Shown here piece after piece: positions 21,665 through 30,332 of a stretch of DNA of 64,000 nucleotides. The notes beneath the pieces were generated by a model. That model was not told the DNA's origin and ran no database searches. It saw only the letters and a program-made list of their open reading frames with translations. Source of the stretch: Acidobacteriota bacterium. GTDB lineage: Bacteria; Acidobacteriota; Aminicenantia; Aminicenantales; Saccharicenantaceae. The DNA lies in assembly GCA_022711665.1 (NCBI GenBank), contig JAKLEN010000001.1:433179-497178 (forward strand). Reading direction: 5' to 3'. How positions within the stretch are numbered: position 1 is the first letter of the stretch; the number at the start of each line of letters is the position of its first letter. The position numbers and the translations under genes were made by a program.

Positions 21665-23672
21665 GCCAGATCTCCAGTCCCCACTTCGCCAGCAGCGCCT
21701 CGGCGGCCTGCCGGACCTTGCGGTTCCAGAAATCCCTGCGCTCGGAGAGGGAATCGACGTAGGGGGCGGCCTCGCGCAGGCCGTAGCGCTCGACGATGCC
21801 GATGTTGCGCAGCAGCGTCTTGTTCCGCAACCCGTAGGGCGAGACCAGGCCGAAGAGCTTGGTGAAGGCGACGTGCTTGGTCCGCTCGGTGCGCAGGAGC
21901 AGGATCAGGGCCTCGGCCCGGATGAGCTCGTTCTTCTTCTCCAGGATGGGGAAGAGGAAGGCCTCGTCGAACTCCTTGAGGTTCTGCATGGCTTGCAGGA
22001 CCTTGACCTTGACGCCGGCGTCGCCGGCCTCGAAGATCCTCTCCAGGGTCTCGAGCGAGACCGGGGTGTCGATGAGCTTCAGGGCGTCGGCCAGGCGGCC
22101 CAGGAGCTCGCCGTCCGACGACCGCTTGCGGAGGACGGCCTGGAAGGCCGGGACGTCGTCCGGGAAGAAGCGGAACAGGGCCCGCAGGAGCGACGAGGAG
22201 ACGACGCGATCCCGGAGGATCGTGTCGGCGTAGACCTCCCGGCCGTAGCGGCTGCGGCCGAGCTTCCCGATGAAGGCGTCCAGCTCCGGCCCGGACTCGC
22301 CGCGCAGCAGGCAGCCCTCGACGTACTCGGCCACGGACCGGCGCGCGTCCTCGTAGGCCGGGTCGCCGGCCAGGTCGTCGGCCCGGCCCTCCAGGACCTC
22401 CTGGAAGGCCAGCAGGAACTCCAGGTCGCCCTCCTGGACGATCCGCTCCCACTCCTCGGCGATCCGCTTCAGGTCGGCCGCGGACCGTTCCAGCCGGCGC
22501 TCCTGGGAGAGCAGGGTCAGCAGGAGGAAGCGGTAGTTGCGCTGCAGGAGTTGGTGGTCGAGGACGAGCTTCTGGTCGAAGGAGATCTCGCCGAGGAGGT
22601 TGGACAGGGTCTGGCGGTAGATCTCCGAGTGCAGCGACGAGGACATGCCCGACATCAGGATGCGGATCTTCGATTCGGTCTCGGCCCGGCGGTTCTGGGG
22701 GTCGTCGGTGTGGAAGAGGGCGTGGAGCGACGTGGCGATCTTCTTGTGCCGTTCCTTGTCGATGATCCGGGAGAAGATGCTGAAGCTCAGCGAGTCGAAC
22801 TTGTCGTTGCCGATGATCTCCTCCCAGAGCGTCGAGGCCAGGTCCTCCTCGCTCAGGTCGGAGATGAGGAGCTTGAGGTTCTCGAACTTCGACTCGGTCG
22901 GCGTCTTGCGGGCCGAGACGATGGTCTTCAGCAGCTGCTTGGAGGCGACGCGGTGCTTTTCCTCGGAGGTATCCTTGAGGTAGCGGAAGAACTGGGTGAA
23001 GTTCTTGTGCAGCTCCTCGTTCTGGATGAGCTCCTCGGTGTTGAACTTGCCGACGACCTTGTCGAAAGACCCGGCCAGCTCCTCGTACTTGGCGGGGTTG
23101 TTCTCCTCGACGGCCTCCATGAGGAGGTAGGGCCAGATGTCCTTGATCTCCTCGCCCTCGCCCTGGAGCAGGACCGAGTAGTCGAGGGTGTCGACCGAGA
23201 TGTGGACGATGTTCTCCCGCTTGACGATGGCCGCGGCCCCGCCCTCACGGATGAACATCTTGACGGGCAGCATGATCTTGGAGGCCAGGCGCATGAACTC
23301 GTCGTGGCCCAGGCCGGGCCGGAACTCGAGCCGCTTGATCTTGCGGAAGTGGAAGAGCTGGGCCAGGTCCATGTAGGTCCGCTCGCCCTCCCAGAAGCGG
23401 TTGTCGATGAGCAGGGCGTGGGGCGAGAAGCCGATCGACACGGGGTTGACCCAGGCGAACAGGGCCTCGACCTTGGCCAGGAGGTCGGTCACGCTGCTCT
23501 TGAAGGCCGGGTGCTCGGGGTTGTACATCGAGGCCATCTTGAAGGCGACGCGCAGGGACTGGGTCATCGAGCGGATGAGCTCGTCCTTGTCCGCGGCCGG
23601 GCCGGGGCGCGGCGGGGCGGCGGCGGACGGGTCCCCGGGCCGGGCCGGGCCGCCGTCGCGATCAAAGGGCAT
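21654..23672 (-). CDS. Hypothetical 672-aa helical protein; N-terminal domain paralogous to the HD-GYP protein N-terminus, HEAT-like C-terminus
   Basis: Long ORF with protein-like composition (K/E/L/F-rich despite the high-GC genome). Its N-terminus (MYNPEHPAFK...RLEFRPGLGHDEF) aligns collinearly with IYTGDHPKFK...RIIFQQGLRFEEL of the downstream gene. I recognise no catalytic motif. Confidence 0.7.
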   Translation of the reverse strand: MPFDRDGGPARPGDPSAAAPPRPGPAADKDELIRSMTQSLRVAFKMASMYNPEHPAFKSSVTDLLAKVEALFAWVNPVSIGFSPHALLIDNRFWEGERTYMDLAQLFHFRKIKRLEFRPGLGHDEFMRLASKIMLPVKMFIREGGAAAIVKRENIVHISVDTLDYSVLLQGEGEEIKDIWPYLLMEAVEENNPAKYEELAGSFDKVVGKFNTEELIQNEELHKNFTQFFRYLKDTSEEKHRVASKQLLKTIVSARKTPTESKFENLKLLISDLSEEDLASTLWEEIIGNDKFDSLSFSIFSRIIDKERHKKIATSLHALFHTDDPQNRRAETESKIRILMSGMSSSLHSEIYRQTLSNLLGEISFDQKLVLDHQLLQRNYRFLLLTLLSQERRLERSAADLKRIAEEWERIVQEGDLEFLLAFQEVLEGRADDLAGDPAYEDARRSVAEYVEGCLLRGESGPELDAFIGKLGRSRYGREVYADTILRDRVVSSSLLRALFRFFPDDVPAFQAVLRKRSSDGELLGRLADALKLIDTPVSLETLERIFEAGDAGVKVKVLQAMQNLKEFDEAFLFPILEKKNELIRAEALILLLRTERTKHVAFTKLFGLVSPYGLRNKTLLRNIGIVERYGLREAAPYVDSLSERRDFWNRKVRQAAEALLAKWGLEIWREG

Positions 23673-23805
23673 GGTTCACCTCGATCCGCCGAAACAGAGT
23701 TCCATTCTCGCCTTCTCCGGTGAAATTACCATGCCCGGGGCGGGTGATTCAAGGGGTGAGCCGGCCTCCTCTCGCCGTTCGGCCGCTTGCCGCCGGCCGG
23801 GGCTT

Positions 23806-24924
23806 GTGCTATACTGCGCCGAAAATGAACTGGAGGCTGGCCCCATCCGACACGCGGTTCTGGCCCTCGCGGACGGCTCCGTCTACGAGGGCGTAGGCTT
23901 CGGCGCAAGCGCCAAAATCGGGGGGGAAGTCGTTTTCAATACCGGGATCGTCGGCTACCCGGAGAGCATCACCGACCCGTCCTACCGCGGCCAGATCCTC
24001 TGCCAGACCTATCCCCTGATCGGCAATTACGGCGTCGATCCGGCCCGCTTCGAATCGGAGCGGCCGCAGATCGCCGGCTACGTCGTCTCCGAGCTCTGCG
24101 ACCGGCCCTCCCACGCCACGTCCCGGAAGACCCTCGACGACTGGCTCCGCGAGAGCGGCGTCCCGGGCATCGCCGGCATCGACACCCGGGCCCTGACCCG
24201 GAAGCTCCGCGTCCACGGCGTCATGACCGGCCTCCTGGCCGCCGACGGCGGGCCGGCGGGCGCCGCCCGGCTGCGGCGCGAAGCCCGCCAGGTCCCCGAT
24301 CCCAACGCCCGCGACCTCGTCGCCGAGGTCACGACGCCGGAGATCCGCATCTACAACCCCGAGGCCCGCCGGACGATCGTCCTGATCGATTGCGGCGTCA
24401 AGCTGAACATCATCCGGGCCCTCGTCCGCCGCGGCGCCGCCGTCGTCCGCGTCCCGGCCGGCACCGATGCCGGGCGCATCCTGGGCTTCGCGCCGCACGG
24501 CGTCGTCGTGTCCAACGGGCCCGGCGACCCGGCCCGGGCCGCGGCCACGGTCGCCGCGGTCCGCCGGCTGCTCGAGGATGGCCTGCCCCTCTTCGGCATC
24601 TGCCTCGGCAACCAGGTCCTGGCCCTGGCCGCCGGGGGGCGGACGTACAAGCTCCGGTTCGGCCACAGGAGTCAGAACCAGCCCTGCCTCGAGGAGGGCA
24701 CGAAGCGCTGCTATATCACCAGCCAGAACCACGGCTTCGCCGTCGACGCGGCCAGCCTGCCGGCCGGCTGGACATCCTGGTTCCGCAACGCCAACGACGG
24801 CACGAACGAGGGCATCCGCCACATCCGGCGGCCGGTCTTCGGCGTCCAGTTCCACCCCGAGGCCTGCCCGGGCCCGACGGACACCGAGTTCCTCTTCGAC
24901 CGGTTCCTGGAGGCCCTCCGGTGA
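23806..24924 (+). CDS. carA: Carbamoyl-phosphate synthase small (glutaminase) subunit
   Basis: The conserved CarA core starts at ..AVLALADGSVYEGVGFGA. Motifs GICLGNQVLALA (catalytic Cys) and GVQFHPEA are present. The start is uncertain: 23806 is the nearest in-frame GTG, and an SD-spaced ATC at 23845 and a CTG at 23830 are alternatives. The stop overlaps the carB GTG. Confidence 0.9.
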   Translation: MLYCAENELEAGPIRHAVLALADGSVYEGVGFGASAKIGGEVVFNTGIVGYPESITDPSYRGQILCQTYPLIGNYGVDPARFESERPQIAGYVVSELCDRPSHATSRKTLDDWLRESGVPGIAGIDTRALTRKLRVHGVMTGLLAADGGPAGAARLRREARQVPDPNARDLVAEVTTPEIRIYNPEARRTIVLIDCGVKLNIIRALVRRGAAVVRVPAGTDAGRILGFAPHGVVVSNGPGDPARAAATVAAVRRLLEDGLPLFGICLGNQVLALAAGGRTYKLRFGHRSQNQPCLEEGTKRCYITSQNHGFAVDAASLPAGWTSWFRNANDGTNEGIRHIRRPVFGVQFHPEACPGPTDTEFLFDRFLEALR

Positions 24925-27900
24925 AGGCGCCGCGGAAGGTCCTCCTGCTCGGCAGCGGCGCCCTCAAGATCGGCGAGGCCGGCGAGTTCGACTATTCCGG
25001 CAGCCAGGCCATCAAGGCCCTCAAGGAGGAGGGCCTCGAGGTCGTCCTCATCAATCCCAACATCGCCACTATCCAGACCTCCGAGGGCATGGCCGACAAG
25101 GTCTATTTCCTGCCGGTCACGCCCTATTTCGTGGAGAAGGTCATCGCCCGGGAAAAGCCCCAGGGCCTGCTTCTCTCCTTCGGCGGCCAGACGGCCCTCA
25201 ACTGCGGCGTGGCCCTGTGGAAGAGCGGCGCCCTGCGCCGGGCCCGCCTGCCCGTACTGGGGACGCCGGTCGGGGCCGTCGAGCGGACCGAGGACCGCAA
25301 GCTCTTCAACGCCGCCCTGGCCGCGGCCGGGCTCAAGACGCCGCGCGGCATCGCCGTCCGCAGCGTCGAAGCCGGCTTGCGCGCCGCCGCGACGATCGGC
25401 TACCCGGTCATGACCCGCGTCGCCTACGCCCTCGGCGGCAAGGGCAGCGGCATCGCCTACGGGCCGCGGGAGCTGCGCGAGGCCCTGCGCCGGGCCTTCA
25501 CGGCCGCCCCGCAGGTCCTCATCGAGGAGTACCTCGACGGCTGGAAGGAGATCGAGTACGAAGTCGTCCGCGACCGGGCCGACAACTGCGTCACCGTCTG
25601 CAACATGGAGAACTTCGACCCCATGGGCATACACACGGGCGAGAGCATCGTCATCGCCCCGTCGCAGACCCTGACCAACGACGAGTACCACCGCCTCCGG
25701 TCCATCGCCATCAAGGCCATCCGGCACCTCGGCATCGTCGGCGAGTGCAATATCCAGTACGCCCTCAATCCCCGCGACGGCGACTACCGCATCATCGAGG
25801 TCAACGCCCGGCTGTCGCGGAGCTCGGCCCTGGCCAGCAAGGCCACCGGCTACCCGCTGGCCTTCGTGGCCGCCAAGCTGGCCCTCGGCCACACCCTGCC
25901 GGAGCTGCCGAACTCGATCACCAAGGTCACCTCGGCCTGCTTCGAGCCGGCCCTCGACTACCTCGTCGTCAAGATCCCGCGCTGGGACCTCAAGAAGTTC
26001 GGCCGGGTCTCGAAGAAGATCGGCTCGGAGATGAAGTCGGTCGGCGAGGTCATGGCCGTCGGCCGGTCCTTCGAGGAGGCCATCCAGAAGGCGGCCCGGA
26101 TGCTCCAGGTCGGCGTCTACGGCCTGGTGGCCAACGAGAACTACTCCTTCCGGAGCCTGGAAAAGGAGCTGCGCCACCCGACCGACGAGCGGCTCTTCGG
26201 CATCGCCGAGGCCCTGAAGAAGGGCTTCTCCGTCGACCGCATCCACTCCCTGACCCGGATCGACCGCTGGTTCCTGGAGAAGATCAAGTCGGTCGTCGAC
26301 TGCGAAGCCCGGCTGCGGGGCCGGCGCCTGGCCGCGGTCGGGCCGGACCTCCTGGCCGAGGCCAAGCGCAAGGGCTTCTCGGACAAGCAGATCGCCCTGC
26401 TGACGGGCTCCTCCGAGCTCCGCGTCCGGGCCCGGCGCAAGGCCGTCGGCCTGACGCCGGCGGTCAAGCAGATCGATACCCTGGCCGCCGAGTACCCGGC
26501 CCAGACGAATTACCTCTACACGACCTACCACGGCCGCGAGGACGACGTCCGGTTCGGCGGCGCCCGGGGCGAGCCGGGCAAGGTCATGATCCTCGGCTCG
26601 GGGTCCTACAGCATCGGCTCGTCGGTCGAGTTCGACTGGTGCTGCGTCAACGCCGCGCTGGCCCTGAAGAAGCTCGGCTACCGGACCATCATGGTCAACT
26701 ACAACCCCGAGACGGTCTCGACCGATTACGACATCGGCGACCGCCTGTATTTCGACGAGCTCAGCTTCGAGCGCGTCCTGGACATCTACGAGCGGGAGAA
26801 GCCGCTGGGCGTCCTCCTGTCCATGGGCGGCCAGATCCCCAACAACATCGCCCTCCGCTGCCACGAGGCGGGCGTGCGCGTCCTGGGCACGCCGCCACCG
26901 AGCATCGACCGGGCCGAGGACCGCTTCAAGTTCTCGCAGCTGCTCGACGAGCTCGGCGTCGACCAGCCGGCCTGGCGCGAGCTCCGCAGCATCGGCGAGG
27001 CCAAGCGCTTCGCCCGGGCCCTCGGCTACCCGGTCCTCATCCGGCCGTCGTACGTCCTGAGCGGGGCGGCCATGAGCGTCGTCTTCGACCAGGGCTACCT
27101 CGACCGCTACCTCCAGAAGGCCTCGCGGGTCTCGCCCGAATACCCCGTCGTCATCTCCAAGTTCATCCTCAACGCCAAGGAGATCGAGCTCGACGCCGTG
27201 GCCGACCACGGCGAGGTCATCGCCTCGGCCATCGTCGAGCACGTCGAGAACGCCGGCGTCCACTCCGGCGACGCCACCATGGTCCTGCCGCCGCAGAAGC
27301 TCTACATCGAGACCATCCGCCGCATCCGCGAGATCGGCCGCGAGATCGCCCGGGCCCTCGAAATCACCGGCCCGTTCAATATCCAGTTCATCGCCAAGGA
27401 CAACGCCCTCAAGGTCATCGAGTGCAACCTCCGGGCCTCGCGCTCGTTTCCCTTCGTCAGCAAGGTCGTCCGGGCCAACTTCGTCGAGCTGGCGGTCGCG
27501 GCCATGATGGGCCGGGCCGTCCGCAACGGCAAGACGACGCTCGACCTCAACTACGTCGGGGTCAAGGCGCCGCAGTTCTCCTTCTCCCGGCTCAAGGGCG
27601 CCGATCCGGTCCTGGGGGTCGAGATGGCCTCGACCGGCGAGGTCGCCTGCCTGGGCCGGGACGTCCACGAGGCCTACCTCAAGGCCATCCTCTCGACCGG
27701 CTTCAGCCTGCCCCGCCGCAGCGTCCTGGTCACGGTGGGCGGCGAGGAGTCCAAGCATCGCTTCCTCGGCGCCGCCCGGACTCTGGCCGGGCTGGGCCTG
27801 CGCATCTACGCCACCGAGAAGACCTCGGCCTACCTCCAGGCCAACGGGGTCCGCAGCACGCGGCTGTTCAAGGTCCACGAGCGGCGGAAGCCCAACATCC

Positions 27901-28118
27901 GGGACTTCCTCGCCGGCGGCCGGATCGACTTCGTCATCTCCATCCCCAACCCGGCGAAGAGGGTCGAGTTCAACTCGTCCTACAGGCTCCGGCGCCTGGC
28001 CGTGGACTACTCGGTCCCCATCCTGACCAACCTCCAGGCGGCCGACCTTTTCGTCCAGGCCCTGGCGGCCAAGAAGCCGGCCGACCTCGAGATCAAGCAC
28101 TGGGCCGAGTACGAATAG
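24921..28118 (+). CDS. carB: Carbamoyl-phosphate synthase large subunit
   Basis: GTG 24921 (GTGA overlap with the carA stop) gives VKAPRKVLLLGSGALKIGEAGEFDYSGSQA..., 1065 aa. It has two ATP-grasp halves and a C-terminal MGS-like domain. Confidence 0.97.
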   Translation: MKAPRKVLLLGSGALKIGEAGEFDYSGSQAIKALKEEGLEVVLINPNIATIQTSEGMADKVYFLPVTPYFVEKVIAREKPQGLLLSFGGQTALNCGVALWKSGALRRARLPVLGTPVGAVERTEDRKLFNAALAAAGLKTPRGIAVRSVEAGLRAAATIGYPVMTRVAYALGGKGSGIAYGPRELREALRRAFTAAPQVLIEEYLDGWKEIEYEVVRDRADNCVTVCNMENFDPMGIHTGESIVIAPSQTLTNDEYHRLRSIAIKAIRHLGIVGECNIQYALNPRDGDYRIIEVNARLSRSSALASKATGYPLAFVAAKLALGHTLPELPNSITKVTSACFEPALDYLVVKIPRWDLKKFGRVSKKIGSEMKSVGEVMAVGRSFEEAIQKAARMLQVGVYGLVANENYSFRSLEKELRHPTDERLFGIAEALKKGFSVDRIHSLTRIDRWFLEKIKSVVDCEARLRGRRLAAVGPDLLAEAKRKGFSDKQIALLTGSSELRVRARRKAVGLTPAVKQIDTLAAEYPAQTNYLYTTYHGREDDVRFGGARGEPGKVMILGSGSYSIGSSVEFDWCCVNAALALKKLGYRTIMVNYNPETVSTDYDIGDRLYFDELSFERVLDIYEREKPLGVLLSMGGQIPNNIALRCHEAGVRVLGTPPPSIDRAEDRFKFSQLLDELGVDQPAWRELRSIGEAKRFARALGYPVLIRPSYVLSGAAMSVVFDQGYLDRYLQKASRVSPEYPVVISKFILNAKEIELDAVADHGEVIASAIVEHVENAGVHSGDATMVLPPQKLYIETIRRIREIGREIARALEITGPFNIQFIAKDNALKVIECNLRASRSFPFVSKVVRANFVELAVAAMMGRAVRNGKTTLDLNYVGVKAPQFSFSRLKGADPVLGVEMASTGEVACLGRDVHEAYLKAILSTGFSLPRRSVLVTVGGEESKHRFLGAARTLAGLGLRIYATEKTSAYLQANGVRSTRLFKVHERRKPNIRDFLAGGRIDFVISIPNPAKRVEFNSSYRLRRLAVDYSVPILTNLQAADLFVQALAAKKPADLEIKHWAEYE

Positions 28119-28234
28119 GCCCGGTCGACCTTGGCCGCTTCTTGACGTCCCCTTGACAACGGGCCCCGCGCCTGAGACTATTATAACAAGCAGACCGGGT
28201 TGGCCCGGCCATTCCGGTAGTAAGGAGGCCTTCT

Positions 28235-28747
28235 ATGAAACGGTTGTTCACGGCGCTTTTGGTGGTCGTCTTGGCTGGCTTCGCCGCCATCAGCCCCGCC
28301 TGGGGCCAGGAGAAGAAGCTGGCGTTCAGCCTGAACGCCGGCGTCCAGACCGACATCTTCAACGGCTCCTCGTTCGACAAGGCCCTGTTCACGGCCGACG
28401 TCCGGGTGGGCTTCCTCCTGGGGCGCAATTTCGAGATCAGCCCCGAGGCCATGGTCGTGTTCAACTACCTCAGCCTGTTCTTCGAGGGGGGCAACGGCAC
28501 GCTGGTCTATCCGGGGGTCATGGTGAACCTCCGGACCGGCAACTTCTTCGTCGGCGCCGGAGCGGTGCTGCCGTGGGGGTTCTACGAAGGGGATTCGGAC
28601 ACGGGCAGTCTCGCGCCCAAGATCAACCTCGGCTACCGCTTCCCCAACGGGATCCAGCTCACGGCTTACTACCTGTGCTGGACCGATGAGGGCATCGACC
28701 TGTTCGACGCCGGCTTCGCCGGCGTGACGCTGGGGTACAGGTTCTAG
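28235..28747 (+). CDS. Small outer-membrane beta-barrel protein (hypothetical)
   Basis: 170 aa. Signal peptide MKRLFTALLVVVLAGFAAISPAWGQ, alternating hydrophobic beta-strand pattern, C-terminal beta-signal ...VTLGYRF, and a GGAGG SD 7 nt upstream. Confidence 0.6.
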   Translation: MKRLFTALLVVVLAGFAAISPAWGQEKKLAFSLNAGVQTDIFNGSSFDKALFTADVRVGFLLGRNFEISPEAMVVFNYLSLFFEGGNGTLVYPGVMVNLRTGNFFVGAGAVLPWGFYEGDSDTGSLAPKINLGYRFPNGIQLTAYYLCWTDEGIDLFDAGFAGVTLGYRF

Positions 28748-28862
28748 CCCCGGCCCGCTCCTTCTCGGCTCTTCCCCGGGCGCGGGGGGCGCGTTCCGGC
28801 GTCGCCGCGCCCGCCCTTGTTCCCTGCCGCGCCGTCGTTTATAATCGTCTCAGGGTGAACCG

Positions 28863-30041
28863 ATGATGCGCGCAAAGCCGCTCTTACCGGCCGTCTTTCT
28901 GGCCCTGGTCCTGGCCTGCGGCGGATCGTTCCTGCCGGCGGCCCAGCAGGCGGCGGCCCGGGCGGCCAAGATCAAGGTCACGGCCGAGCAGGCCAACCTC
29001 CGGGAGAAGCCCGACATCGGCAGCTCCATACTCCAGCAGGTCCCCGAGGGCACGGTGCTGGAGACGGACCGCAAGGACGGCGAATGGTACTCCGTCCGCT
29101 ACGTCCTGGAGGACGGCGGGGTCGTCGGCGGCTGGATCCATGAGAGCCTGGTCCAGGTCGTCGAAGAGGCCCCGGCCAGGCCCGCCGCCGCGACGGGGAC
29201 GGCGCCGGCGCCGCGGCCCGCCCGGCAGGGGCGGACCCGGCCGAAGCAGCCGCCGCTCGACTTCCGATCGGGCCCCGTGCCCCTGGAGATCTCCTTCTCG
29301 CTCGGCGCCGCCTCGCTCGGCCCGCGGGACCTCAACAACGCCGCCCAGGGTTTCGTCGACGGGACGGCCGCTTCGGCCGGCCTCACGGCGGCGGACGCGG
29401 CCGACAGGCTGCGGGGGGCCCCGGTCATCGGCTTCGATCTCTCCTTGAGGATCGGCGGCTCCTGGACGATCGGCCTGGGCGCCGACTACCTGCGCGGCGC
29501 CAACCGCAGCGAGGTGGAGCTCGCCGGCGAGAGCGCCGCGGAAACCGTCGCCACCAAGCCTATGGCCCGGGTCGTGCCGGTCAAGGCCGTCGTCCGCTAC
29601 TATCCGGGCGCCGGCTTCTACGTCCAGGGCGCCCTCGGCGTCTATGCCGTCAAGGCCGGATACTCCTACCGCCGCCAGGGCGGCGGCTTCTGGGAACGAT
29701 GGAAAGGCTCGGCTTCGACGACCGGCCTGGGCGGCGAAGCGGCCTTCGGCGGCGAGTGGGACATCGGGCCGCGGACCATCCTCTTCCTCGAGGCCGGGCT
29801 GCGCGTCGTCAGCCTCACCGGCCTGACGGGCGACGGAGTCTACGAGAATTCGGAAGGCGCGACCGTCCGGGAGGCGGGGACGCTCTATCACTTCCGCCAG
29901 ACGGCCGGCGCCGGGAACAACTACCCAATGGTCCTGGTCCGCACCGACCCGCCGTCCGGAACGGGGATCTCCGACGTCCGGCGGGCCCGGATCAACGTTT
30001 CGGGCACCTCGTTCCGGGCGGGCCTCCGCTACCGGTTCTGA
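28863..30041 (+). CDS. SH3b-domain protein fused to a C-terminal outer-membrane beta-barrel (putative lipoprotein)
   Basis: 392 aa with a lipobox-like LVLACGG. A bacterial SH3-like segment (KVTAEQANLREKPDIGSSILQQVPEGTVLETDRKDGEWYSVRY...GWIHESLV) is followed by an Ala/Pro linker. The barrel-like region ends ...FRAGLRYRF. Confidence 0.65.
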   Translation: MMRAKPLLPAVFLALVLACGGSFLPAAQQAAARAAKIKVTAEQANLREKPDIGSSILQQVPEGTVLETDRKDGEWYSVRYVLEDGGVVGGWIHESLVQVVEEAPARPAAATGTAPAPRPARQGRTRPKQPPLDFRSGPVPLEISFSLGAASLGPRDLNNAAQGFVDGTAASAGLTAADAADRLRGAPVIGFDLSLRIGGSWTIGLGADYLRGANRSEVELAGESAAETVATKPMARVVPVKAVVRYYPGAGFYVQGALGVYAVKAGYSYRRQGGGFWERWKGSASTTGLGGEAAFGGEWDIGPRTILFLEAGLRVVSLTGLTGDGVYENSEGATVREAGTLYHFRQTAGAGNNYPMVLVRTDPPSGTGISDVRRARINVSGTSFRAGLRYRF

Positions 30042-30142
30042 TCCTTCACAGCCCCGGGCCGGAGCGCCGGGGCGGAGCCTGACGCCGGTCCCGGCGGCTT
30101 GACGGCGGCGCCTCCTCGGATTATCCTAGAAGGGGTTTTTTA

Positions 30143-30331
30143 ATGCCGATCAACGCCTCTCTCCTGTCCATCCTGGCGTGTCCGCTCTGCCGGGCCGACG
30201 TCCGCCTCACGGCCGACGAAAAGGGCCTGAAGTGCGTCGCCTGCCAGCGCGTCTACCCCATCAAGGACGATATCCCGGTCATGATCATCGACGAGGCCGT
30301 CGTCGAGCCCGACCGGGAAGTCAAGGCCTGA
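30143..30331 (+). CDS. Trm112/YcaR-family small zinc-ribbon protein
   Basis: 62 aa: LLSILACPLCRADVRL....LKCVACQRVYPIKDDIPVMIIDEA, the typical Trm112p-like fold signature. Confidence 0.75.
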   Translation: MPINASLLSILACPLCRADVRLTADEKGLKCVACQRVYPIKDDIPVMIIDEAVVEPDREVKA

Positions 30332-30332
30332 T

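Noticed and set aside
24467-28156. A 1229-aa ORF in an alternative plus-strand frame across carB.
   Set aside because: The translation is low-complexity (Arg/Pro/Gly), whereas the carB frame gives a textbook carbamoyl-phosphate synthase sequence.
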